From contig DASRGZ010000056.1 of assembly GCA_035650735.1 (NCBI GenBank), positions 62,001 to 106,056 on the forward strand: a DNA stretch of 44,056 bases. The letters are read 5' to 3'. The notes below the pieces were generated by a model. It was not told the DNA's origin. It saw nothing but the letters and a program-made list of their open reading frames with translations, and did no database searches. A program made the position numbers and the translations under genes. How positions within the stretch are numbered: the first letter of the stretch is position 1; every line of letters starts with the position of its first letter. Origin of the DNA: Chthonomonadaceae bacterium. GTDB taxonomy: Bacteria; Armatimonadota; Chthonomonadetes; Chthonomonadales; Chthonomonadaceae. Below, one piece after another: positions 10,701-18,665 of this stretch.

Positions 10701-12727
10701 ACCGGCTCTAGATCCACATTGCCGTTGTTCTGCTGTGGAATATACCAGGGGATCAGGCCCCGGTTGCCGTGCGCGCGGAACCGCTGGTTGGAGCCTTCCA
10801 CCGACTCCAGCGGCTCGTTGCGCGTGCTGAACCAGATAGCATTGACATACGCCTGCTGGGCTCCTCCCGTGCCGGGCGCGCAGGTAACATAGACTACCTT
10901 ATCTATCGCGCCCGTGCTGGCATCCCGAACATAGCCGACGGTCAACGGCCCGACCACGCTCTGCATGCCGGCCACGTTCTGGCCGCTCTGCGGCACGCTC
11001 GGCGCCACGGTGTTGTTGGTCGCGCCATTGAAGCTGGAGTTATCGAAGATGCTGCGGCCGGTCGTCGGGTTGAGCGCGGCCACGCGCCACGGCGAATTCG
11101 GGCTGCCCGTCGAATCCTTGACGACGGTGAACAGGACGCCCTCTGAGAGCGCGGGCGAAGGCATCAGCAGGGGAGACGGAGCGTTCGTTGCCGTCAGGTC
11201 GCCATCGCTCTCCACGCGCGCCTGCCACACGAGCGCGCTTGTGGGCAGCAGGCGCCCATTATTATCGCGCGGGAACGCTTCGAATGCCATGGTGACGCCG
11301 TTGCTCGTCGTCACGGTTACCAGGTCGCGCGGTGCGCCGAGATTGGTGTCAAAGAAGGAGACAATCGTTGGCGTGGAGATCCGCGTCCCCGCTCCGACAC
11401 CGCCGACGCCTTTGAGATCCAGGTTCCAGATCTCGTCGTAGGAGGCGCCCCGACTGAAATCCGGGAGCCCATCGTCGGGGTTCTGGTCGCCGTCCTGGTC
11501 GGCAGCCGGATTGGCATCGTAGGCGTGCAGGATGTTATTGCCATCCACCGAGAAGACAACACCCTTGTGCAGGACCGCGCCGGAACCCGGATTGGACGGA
11601 ATAATGGGAACCGCGCTGAACTTGCGGCCCAACTGGCTGCCGATGTTCTCGTCCGTGCTGGTGGTGCGGCGCACGTTGGCGTTGGAGGTCGGCACCGAGC
11701 TTGTCCAGGCGATCAGGTTATAGGCGAACTTAAGGTCTACGGGCCGGGCCGCCAGGAAGTTATCCCCGCTGACTGCCCCCGTGTTGCCGCCGTAGCGCGC
11801 CAGCGTGACGCCGCCTGCGTAGCTGCTGATGGCCGTGGCGACGCCCGCCGAGCTAATGACCAGGTGCCCCGCGCCAAAATCTCCCGCCGAGACATAGGGG
11901 AAGTTGCCGGAGAAGACGACCGGTACCACGATCAGCGGATTGGGAAGCTGGTTGATGTTGATAGCATCCGTGTGATAGTAGCCGGGTCCGTTGGCTCCTA
12001 GCCTCTGTACCTCAATGGCCGAAATGGGATAGGGAAAATTGACCAGCGGATGATGGGCCGAGGCCAACGTGAGCAGCGTATTGCCGCCGCGCTGGTCCGT
12101 GAACTGCACATTGACCAGGAAATTGGAGGTTGGATACGATCCGTTGCCGCCCTCATCCTCCAGCCAGAGGGTCGCGCCGCCGTCTACCGCCTGGCGCAGC
12201 TTGGCCGCGCGCTCCGGCGTGAGTCTGACCAGCTCGTTGCTGCGGATCGGCATCAGGATGATGTCGAACTGCCGCAGGTCTTTGGCCGCGACGGTATCCA
12301 GGTTGACCTCCCAATACGCGGCCATGTTCTTGGTGAGCGGCGCGTTGACCTTGAACAGGCCCGCATTGATGGTCGGATCGTTGCCGTTGGCGCGCTTTTG
12401 CATCCGCACAACCATGTCCGGCGTGATCGTGCCGGGGGCCAGTGGGTTGACGAATTCCCATCCGGCGGGTTTCAGGTCGTTGCGATTATCCAGCACATAG
12501 AAGACATACGGCGCGAAGTTATCCAGGTCGTAATCGTTATCGTTATCCGTATCTGTGTTGCTATAGAGGATGCAGGCTTTGACCTGCCGGCGCTGGCCGG
12601 AATAGCTGAACGCATCGGCGCGTATTGGCCGGGCGGGCAGAAGCGCCAGAAGCCCCAGCAACGCCAGGGCCATCCGGGTCCATACCTTTATCGTTATCGC
12701 ATCGCGTGTCGTCATCGTTCTCACCAT
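7778..12727 (-). CDS. Large secreted multidomain protein (1649 aa): N-terminal GATase-like/DUF4159-like alpha/beta domain, PQQ-like blades and C-terminal NHL-type propeller; candidate pilus-associated adhesin
   Basis: Signal peptide MALALLGLLALLPARPIRA; segment FDIILMP...KLRQAVDGGATLWLED; blades VVFSVDGNNILHAYDA and LYFGTVDGRVVSVD; NHL-like FLIADTGNNRVVQVD and YVIADSGNYRALEV. Start could be 12715. Confidence 0.8.
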   Translation of the reverse strand: MVRTMTTRDAITIKVWTRMALALLGLLALLPARPIRADAFSYSGQRRQVKACILYSNTDTDNDNDYDLDNFAPYVFYVLDNRNDLKPAGWEFVNPLAPGTITPDMVVRMQKRANGNDPTINAGLFKVNAPLTKNMAAYWEVNLDTVAAKDLRQFDIILMPIRSNELVRLTPERAAKLRQAVDGGATLWLEDEGGNGSYPTSNFLVNVQFTDQRGGNTLLTLASAHHPLVNFPYPISAIEVQRLGANGPGYYHTDAININQLPNPLIVVPVVFSGNFPYVSAGDFGAGHLVISSAGVATAISSYAGGVTLARYGGNTGAVSGDNFLAARPVDLKFAYNLIAWTSSVPTSNANVRRTTSTDENIGSQLGRKFSAVPIIPSNPGSGAVLHKGVVFSVDGNNILHAYDANPAADQDGDQNPDDGLPDFSRGASYDEIWNLDLKGVGGVGAGTRISTPTIVSFFDTNLGAPRDLVTVTTSNGVTMAFEAFPRDNNGRLLPTSALVWQARVESDGDLTATNAPSPLLMPSPALSEGVLFTVVKDSTGSPNSPWRVAALNPTTGRSIFDNSSFNGATNNTVAPSVPQSGQNVAGMQSVVGPLTVGYVRDASTGAIDKVVYVTCAPGTGGAQQAYVNAIWFSTRNEPLESVEGSNQRFRAHGNRGLIPWYIPQQNNGNVDLEPVLHIITKDDSGNITNIQQLRYQDNGFTVEYTSTTGPGQINGGLIVNLNQQLQDPQHQTVVADYTVDWPGAPVGTNNTTPTTQDLGQFSVQRGRFTVFDVNPNAPAAMISGAPALTRDDLLIFGTKNQLDSTGNGLPDRLYGFREQFTLGTTNNPNEPNQLGSEVAWMWSPPDSSGFAFGATTLPPRLVNTDTLGNAPNVVLGPITGVIGKPGFQIKGSPAVANGVAYVVATSYIQTTPIQTTPVTVIAALRANPSTTFSSGLQNIPPGQSVTLKQIDMSSSTAISPRYITLLENVNFTVDRQSGMITIHNFRQMPSGDSFNMALPIYVVVGGEAAGEQVPDTPVTNQATGFGPLDNLLWYMVIPPNIPNQDLLLQAISPASGPSIIGNSLYFGTVDGRVVSVDIPNETGGRQATLYPNNDPSQPIRVHAQVAMLQVTGNIGAPLSQPIIHPPVGTANLVAVGTPAGLSGLDNRLTVIADSTRLLEIDYGGNAVWDLSATRSYGVAGGQLPIYEGGNAPVNSGLDTGQITTQKVPLTRPNVAYRTTLNDFLIADTGNNRVVQVDKGGNVTLEIHSLRDDMHFLRAGDPVTLNHPTDVSTYVQSSNATNAPISIANRDTGVTYNYTGPYYALHYVIADSGNYRALEVASVYGPDGRPIVMTGTDGTQVEMQNQVIFVTRSLAEQNARFRYRTIQQFFDPTSNQTFLISAVDNVSLSGIGVPAQVGVEGNNVEGPGGSLVVIDRFGPTDGNVSTVINSLAWLDNGKNIIHRQRINNPTWFKEFEVIDPDIDPNVPKPHYLLADNNGVYELRPNVAANGETVAEVIWNLSSTDYLCLTGRPLRAASLQRLPQSDYHAGTNKFYPHYLITNRYTGQDSISAMFLNQPGIPSGEIHGEVVEVRGIDYYANNRSYQNPGLRLYAPNGNDWIVHNAGSSIVWIAPNEVIPPVPGPIRRSIGSTANATSTYLFEQPTFSERPF

Positions 12728-12735
12728 TTACGTGA

Positions 12736-13042
12736 CCTAACCCCCCGTCCCCCTTCCCTGATGCGTTCCCTTCGCTCACAGGGAAGGGGGAGACCCAACT
12801 TGAGATGGTTGCGGCCCTCACCCCCAGACCCTCTCCCACGCTGTGGCAGAGGGAGAGATGACCTCACCCCCGGCCCCTCTCCTTCTCAAGGAGAGGGGGA
12901 ACAGAGAAGCCGGGTCCCCCCTTCCCTCGTAGGGTCGCTAGGTGTCGCAAGGCGGAGGCAGGGACCGTAACCCTGCCGACCCTGGCAGTGGTGCGAGCGT
13001 GCGCAGCACCGACCCTAGCAGTGGGGGCCGGGGAGGTTAGGT
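12736..13042. repeat. Composite cluster of REP-like palindromic repeats (CCCCTTCCCT..AGGGAAGGGG and CCCTCTCC..GGAGAGGG types) with a nested GGCGGAGGCAGGG module
   Basis: Several C-rich/G-rich inverted arms; sub-blocks recur at 20918-21043, 27283-27321 and 30661-30848. Confidence 0.75.
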
Positions 13043-13049
13043 TAAATCC

Positions 13050-16000
13050 CTATGTGCCGATATTGCGCTCGCTATCGCCGAAGTAGAGCAGGCCGGGACA
13101 GACCGGCAGGCGCGGCACGGGCGGCAAGACCTGCCGCACCTCGTTCAGGATGATCTGGCCGTTATTGTTAAGCTGTGCGGGCCAGACCTTGACGCGCAGG
13201 GCGCGCAGCGACCGCAGATAGGTCGGGTCGCGCAGGTAGTCAGAGGTCGTGTAGGCGGCATTGAGCGAATCGCCGGAGAGGTCCCCGCTCAGGAAGCTGG
13301 CATCGGTCGGATGCTGGTAGGGCATGGCCAGCGCCGGGTCGTACTCGAAGCGCAGCCCGCGCGTGATCGGAATGTCCTTGTTGTCCGTGTTCTGCTCCTG
13401 CGGCGTGCGGAAATCTACCGTGCGATCGTCGCCGGGTGTGTAGCCATCCGGGTCATGCACCCTCAGGTGATCGTCGGGCACCGGAATCACCTGCGACGCC
13501 GGAAGCGCCTGCGGATTCAGCGATTGCAGGCCGGTCGAGCCGAAGGCCGCCGGAATGTAGCCCCACTTCGCCATCCAGGCCGCCTGGTCGCCCTGCGAGG
13601 CCGTATTGTTCTCGGCCACCGCGCCGTAGATGGTGATGCGCACATCCATCGGCTCGCCGTAGAACGGGAAAGCGTCTTTGGCCTGCTTATCCGCCTGGCT
13701 GTCCAGCACGTTTCCGTTCGGGTCAATGCTGTACGATGGGCGCCGTCCGTTCGCCAGGAACGCCTGCCGACTGTCCTTCGGGTCCGGGTTGAACGAGTAG
13801 CCCGGAATGACGAAGAACGAGTTATCCTGGGCGTAGAGCAGCGCCTCAATGCGAATATCCAGCGGAGCCACCATCGCGCCGCCCAGCAGGTAGTCCGAGG
13901 CGCCGGGCGCGGTAATACCGAACGATTGGATCAGGGCCGGGGCCGTCTGGTCGGTTTGGAACCGCAGCAGGTTGGGATAGCCCGGATCGGTCACGATCCG
14001 ATTGACGGTATTGGCGATGTCCAGCGGGAAGGCCCGCATCTCAAAGTTGGGCGTCACCGAGGCCGAATCGAAGACCGGGATCGGGATCGAGTTATTTGGC
14101 GGCTGAAGGAACCGCAGGCCCAGCATATAAGTCTGTGGCGGCGGCACCTGCTGCCCATTGAGGCTCGGGCCGTTCATGTTGAACGGATAGAACGGATTCG
14201 CCTGCTGTCCGCCCGGCAGGGTTGTCAGCGCCGGGTTCAAGAGCAGATTGATATAGGATGGGCCAGGGTTCAGCGCCGCGTGGCGCAGCAGCAGGAACAC
14301 CGGGCTCGTCTGGCCGTTAGTGGTGTACAGGTTCGGATTGACGCCGAAGGCAAAGCTGGCGTCGAAGGTCGGGCGGGACAGGCCGATTTCGACGCTGAAG
14401 GCGTCCAGGTCCGGCGTGGTGCGGCTGAAGACGTTGGTCTGGTTCTCCGGCGTCAGGAACATCGTGGTGTTGACGGTAACGTAGTCCTTGGCCAGAATCG
14501 CGCAGGTGGAGGCCCGCTCCAGATGCTGCACGCCGCTGGCATCCAGGTAGCCGTCGCCCTTGAGGATGTTGCCCTCGATATAGGCCGTGCCGCCGGAAAC
14601 GATGGTCAGATGCACGCGGCCTAGGTGCGGCTTGGTAGTATCGCGGCTGTCCGTTACCGCGCCGTAGACGCCCTTGACCCGCACGTTGCCTTCCGCCATC
14701 AGCACCAGATTGACGCCGTAGGAGTTCCTGTCGCCGAAGGGACGGTTGTCGGTCTGGCCGGCGGCAGGCGGCTCGTCGCCATCCTTATCCAGCGGCAGAA
14801 GCTGTATGCTCGTGCCGTCCGGGAAGGTGTAGTTGGCGCGCTCGTCGTCGGCCAGCGGAATCTCGATGACCTTGCCGCCCTGCGCGGTAATCGGCGTGCC
14901 GTCCGGCTTGGTAAAGACGTTATCATCGCTGCGGGTCAGGCGGATGCGGTCGCCCAGCAGCTCGATCTGCACTCCGGGCGGGCGGTAGAACGGCCCCTGC
15001 CAGTAGCTCTGCGCGAACTGCGCGTTGGGGTTGAGCCAGTCGGCGCGCAGCGAGTAGGAGCCGGAGACGCCGCGCCGGGTCGTCTCTCGCTGCAAATCCT
15101 GCGGGTTATTGATATAGATGCCGCGTCCCCAGCCGTTCTGGCCGGTGTTGTAGAGCTTGCCGTTGTTGTCTTTTAACCAGACGCCGGAGTCGCGGGTCAG
15201 GGCGCGGTATCGCAGAACGCCCGATCCCTCGGTATAGGTATCAATGCGGGGCGGGTCTAGATAGGGAATGTTGTTGGGATAGCCGAACTTGTCCGGCTGG
15301 TTGGACATATCGCGGACCAGCCCGCCATTGGTCGTGTGGTTGGGGTCATCGCTATCGTAGATGACGTTATTGGGGTTCGCCGGCTGCTGCGGGTTCTGGT
15401 TGACGAACGCCTGCGCATCCTGGCTATCCACCTTGCCATCGCCGTTCATGTCAATCGTCGGCGTCACCCGGAACTTGCCGGAAGCATAGATGCCGTTGGA
15501 CGGCAGTTGCGGGTTGGTGTAGAAGAAAACGTTGCCCACGAGCCGCAGGTCCGGATTCGAGCGGATGGCCGCGCCGGGCAGCCACTCGCCGTTATTCGTG
15601 CCCGTATTGCCGTTGGTATAGGCCAGCAGCGGGTTGCCCAGCATCATCGCGACGCGATGCCCGACATCCGGCACGCCGATCACGGCCTCTTGATGGCGGC
15701 GGTCTTTATCGGTGATATAGCGCAGGTAATCGGTAAGGCCGATCTGCTTATAGGCGATCAGCTCACGGCGCAGGCCCCGGATCGCGGCTTCCGAGTTGGT
15801 CTGCACGAAGACGGTCGGGTCCAGGCCGTTGCCCAGATCGCCGGAGCGCCCGATGGATTCGATCTTGAGCAGTTGGCTGCGCGGGTCGGCAGGATGCGGA
15901 TCGTAGGTGACGCGCACGAGCGCCCGTCCGCCGGGGAACAGGACGCGGGAGAAACCCTTGCTGAGCCAGAAATAGTCCGGGTCGGTGGTGCCGAAGGCGT

Positions 16001-16286
16001 CGGCGGTCGTGACCATGGGCGGCGTGGGCGCGGGCCGCCAGTCGGCGCCTTCCGTGCTGTTGGTCAGCTCGGTATTGCAGTACTGGATGCCGGCCTCCGC
16101 CAGCGATTGCGCATCCTGGACATCACGGCTGCGCCCGGCGGCGACCAGATTGCGCGCCACCTGCGCCACAAACACGCCGCCGATGAACAGCAGAATAAAG
16201 ATCACCGCAATCGCGACGATGAGGGTCTGCCCGCGCCGAGCGCGGACGTGGAATTGTGGGCGAGATCGCCGGACAGTCTCAGTCAT
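13050..16286 (-). CDS. Giant PilX/GspK-like minor pilin (1078 aa)
   Basis: Class III-like signal RRG|QTLIVAIAVIFILLFIGG lacking Glu+5, followed by PilX-N-like 'AQSLAEAGIQY' and 'KIESIGR'; DMNGDGKVD loop; RBS GGGAG. Confidence 0.8.
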   Translation of the reverse strand: MTETVRRSRPQFHVRARRGQTLIVAIAVIFILLFIGGVFVAQVARNLVAAGRSRDVQDAQSLAEAGIQYCNTELTNSTEGADWRPAPTPPMVTTADAFGTTDPDYFWLSKGFSRVLFPGGRALVRVTYDPHPADPRSQLLKIESIGRSGDLGNGLDPTVFVQTNSEAAIRGLRRELIAYKQIGLTDYLRYITDKDRRHQEAVIGVPDVGHRVAMMLGNPLLAYTNGNTGTNNGEWLPGAAIRSNPDLRLVGNVFFYTNPQLPSNGIYASGKFRVTPTIDMNGDGKVDSQDAQAFVNQNPQQPANPNNVIYDSDDPNHTTNGGLVRDMSNQPDKFGYPNNIPYLDPPRIDTYTEGSGVLRYRALTRDSGVWLKDNNGKLYNTGQNGWGRGIYINNPQDLQRETTRRGVSGSYSLRADWLNPNAQFAQSYWQGPFYRPPGVQIELLGDRIRLTRSDDNVFTKPDGTPITAQGGKVIEIPLADDERANYTFPDGTSIQLLPLDKDGDEPPAAGQTDNRPFGDRNSYGVNLVLMAEGNVRVKGVYGAVTDSRDTTKPHLGRVHLTIVSGGTAYIEGNILKGDGYLDASGVQHLERASTCAILAKDYVTVNTTMFLTPENQTNVFSRTTPDLDAFSVEIGLSRPTFDASFAFGVNPNLYTTNGQTSPVFLLLRHAALNPGPSYINLLLNPALTTLPGGQQANPFYPFNMNGPSLNGQQVPPPQTYMLGLRFLQPPNNSIPIPVFDSASVTPNFEMRAFPLDIANTVNRIVTDPGYPNLLRFQTDQTAPALIQSFGITAPGASDYLLGGAMVAPLDIRIEALLYAQDNSFFVIPGYSFNPDPKDSRQAFLANGRRPSYSIDPNGNVLDSQADKQAKDAFPFYGEPMDVRITIYGAVAENNTASQGDQAAWMAKWGYIPAAFGSTGLQSLNPQALPASQVIPVPDDHLRVHDPDGYTPGDDRTVDFRTPQEQNTDNKDIPITRGLRFEYDPALAMPYQHPTDASFLSGDLSGDSLNAAYTTSDYLRDPTYLRSLRALRVKVWPAQLNNNGQIILNEVRQVLPPVPRLPVCPGLLYFGDSERNIGT

Positions 16287-16429
16287 ATAGCTTCAACGCT
16301 CCCTGCGGCGTCAATCTTATTCAGAGGGAGGGAAACAGGGCTCGGAACGCAGGCAATAAGCAAAACGGTGCCACGCGCTTCTTTTATTCCCCACGCCTTC
16401 GCCCTGCTCCCAGTCGGTTAGATGATACG

Positions 16430-18640
16430 TTAACGCTGAAGGTTCCGCACCTTGATACGGTTGGTCAGCGCGGTTATCTGCGGTCGGCTCGACGCCGGAT
16501 CAAACAGGCGGGCTTCCAGCACAATATTCATCATGGTGCGCGTCAGATAGTCAACCTTAACAACATCGTTAGGCCGGTTCATCTGGAAGTCGTAATAGAC
16601 TTCCACCGGATCGGCGGGCAGGTTCGGATCAATCTGTCCCGTCTGCGGGTTATACTTGGCCACCGGCAGGCTGTGCGGCCCCATGCCGGAGTTCGGTCCG
16701 GCAGAGGTATCCCAGGTGCTATCGAACTCGATGTAGCCGATGCGCACGCGCGGGTCATTGGGGTCGGCAGCCTGGGCGTTGCGCACGTCCTCATAGTTGA
16801 TCTTGTATTCGTTCGGTCCGATAGCGCCGGCGTTGGCCGAGACGCGCGTGTAGAGCGTGCGGTAACCGTAGTGCGGGCCGGGCCGCTGGTCCGGCCCATA
16901 GACGCGCTCAGAGCCGGGCACAATACGCACCAGGGCCGGCGCTCCCACGTTCGTCCGATACTGATCCAGGACCGACTCCGAGCCGTTCGGGTTCAGCGGC
17001 AGCCCGTTCCAGGTATCGCGGGGCATCGTGCGCAGATCCAGGTAGCGCTTCTCATACGGCCCGGTTATCGCCGCGTTGATAGCATCCGGGCTGTAGCGCT
17101 GTGCGCCGGGCGCCACATCGGTCGGGTAGCCGTTGGCCGCGACGGACGAGGGGAAGGCAAAGTTGATGATCCCTCGCTGCGGGTCTACCGTGAACGCAAA
17201 CAGCGCCTTGTTGTTGCCCACAAAGCCGTTATTCGGCCCCACATCGGGCAGCGTGGCCGGGTCGGGCGGCGTGTCGCCGGGCGCCAGGCTGACATGCACG
17301 ATCTTGCCCTTGCCGTCGGGCGTCGGCACATACTCATAGTAGTCGAGCGGATTGAGCGCCAACGGATCGCCAAAATCACTCTGGCTGCGATAGACAAAGA
17401 CGCGATACGGCTCGGCCCAATGGGATTCGGAAGAGAGATAGGTGGTCGGCGCGGGCGAGGGCGACTCGTTGGCCGTGTTCTCCAGCGCGGTCGGCACGCC
17501 CGGATCGTTCTGGAGGAAGGTCGGCGAGAAGGTCGCCAGCGGGCGCACCATCGGCTGGCCGTCCGCGTCCGTGGTCTGCACTCCGTTCTTGAAATAGAGG
17601 ACCTGGTTGGTATTCGGGTCGCGGTCCAGGGCGATCATGTCCAGCTTGTCCACCGGCACGATCACGGTGGCAACAGCCCGCCAGTTCTCCGCGATCTGTA
17701 CCTTGCCGTCTCCGTTCAGGTCGCGCCAACCGGGCACGGCCCATTTGGCCGGATCGCCCGCACCCGAGGATTTGCCGCCCGCCAGCGAGTTATCGTAGAA
17801 GAAGTTCGGGTCGTGCAGGACGAGCCGGCCATCCTTGGTGTCCACAAGATTGCCGTTCGCGTCCACCGTATGGAACAGGCGCAGGTCCGGCACATAGGGA
17901 GCGTTCGCCCGCTGATCCGGCGCCACGTCGGGATCGGGCACGTAGGCCACCACGTCGGCGTGGAACAGCGCGTAGCGGTTATCCTGGCTGCGGCGCGGGT
18001 CCTCAAAGCGGTTGGCATAGGGGTGCATCGGCATCCCGTTCTGCTGCGTCTGTCCATCCACCGGCGTATGCGGCTGAGTCGCATTGTCCAGCAAGCCGAT
18101 CCAGATGCGGCCCACCGCGCGGCCCGGCGCCAGCGGCAGCGCAAAGCCGCTCTGCGAGGCAGGCACGGCAGGCCCATAGATCGGCTCGCCGGTCGTCGGG
18201 TCAATGGGCAGGTTACCCGGATGCTGATCCAGCTGACGCGCCGGGGTCACATACTCCACCATGGTGAACATGGAGGGAATGTAGATCTGATCGCGGATAT
18301 AATCCGGGTCGCCTGTGTCTTTCTGTGACCCCGCCAGATCGTTGAACCAGAGATTGAGCGGCGTCTGCCCGTTATCATAGACGAACACTGCATTGGATAG
18401 CAGGCGGGTGACCTGGCTCATGGCGCTGCGCGCGGCGGCCTGGCTTTCGACCTGCGTGCGGGCGCGGCTGGTCAGGTTGAAGCTCTGGATCACCGGGCCG
18501 AAGATAAGGCCCAGGAGAATGGCCGTGATTGCCATGACCACCAGCAGCTCCAGCAGCGTAAAGCCGCCTCGGAGCGTGCGCGCTACCCTGCGTGGCCTGA
18601 TATCCGATATAGGAAATGCGGCTGTCTGTGTCGCTCTCAT
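16430..18640 (-). CDS. Giant PilW-like minor pilin with prepilin N-methylation site (~736 aa)
   Basis: GG|FTLLELLVVMAITAILLGLIFGP; helix 'QVESQAAARSAMSQVTRLLSNA'; C-terminal 'LTNRIKVRNL' typical of PilW/GspJ. Start 18640 (ATG) or 18655 (TTG). Confidence 0.8.
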   Translation of the reverse strand: MRATQTAAFPISDIRPRRVARTLRGGFTLLELLVVMAITAILLGLIFGPVIQSFNLTSRARTQVESQAAARSAMSQVTRLLSNAVFVYDNGQTPLNLWFNDLAGSQKDTGDPDYIRDQIYIPSMFTMVEYVTPARQLDQHPGNLPIDPTTGEPIYGPAVPASQSGFALPLAPGRAVGRIWIGLLDNATQPHTPVDGQTQQNGMPMHPYANRFEDPRRSQDNRYALFHADVVAYVPDPDVAPDQRANAPYVPDLRLFHTVDANGNLVDTKDGRLVLHDPNFFYDNSLAGGKSSGAGDPAKWAVPGWRDLNGDGKVQIAENWRAVATVIVPVDKLDMIALDRDPNTNQVLYFKNGVQTTDADGQPMVRPLATFSPTFLQNDPGVPTALENTANESPSPAPTTYLSSESHWAEPYRVFVYRSQSDFGDPLALNPLDYYEYVPTPDGKGKIVHVSLAPGDTPPDPATLPDVGPNNGFVGNNKALFAFTVDPQRGIINFAFPSSVAANGYPTDVAPGAQRYSPDAINAAITGPYEKRYLDLRTMPRDTWNGLPLNPNGSESVLDQYRTNVGAPALVRIVPGSERVYGPDQRPGPHYGYRTLYTRVSANAGAIGPNEYKINYEDVRNAQAADPNDPRVRIGYIEFDSTWDTSAGPNSGMGPHSLPVAKYNPQTGQIDPNLPADPVEVYYDFQMNRPNDVVKVDYLTRTMMNIVLEARLFDPASSRPQITALTNRIKVRNLQR

Positions 18641-18665
18641 GGATGTTCGTCTCAATACTCTCGCG

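Noticed and set aside
12736..13042. Repeat clusters considered as a possible CRISPR array
   Set aside because: No regular repeat-spacer periodicity and no cas genes; these are palindromic REP-like elements.
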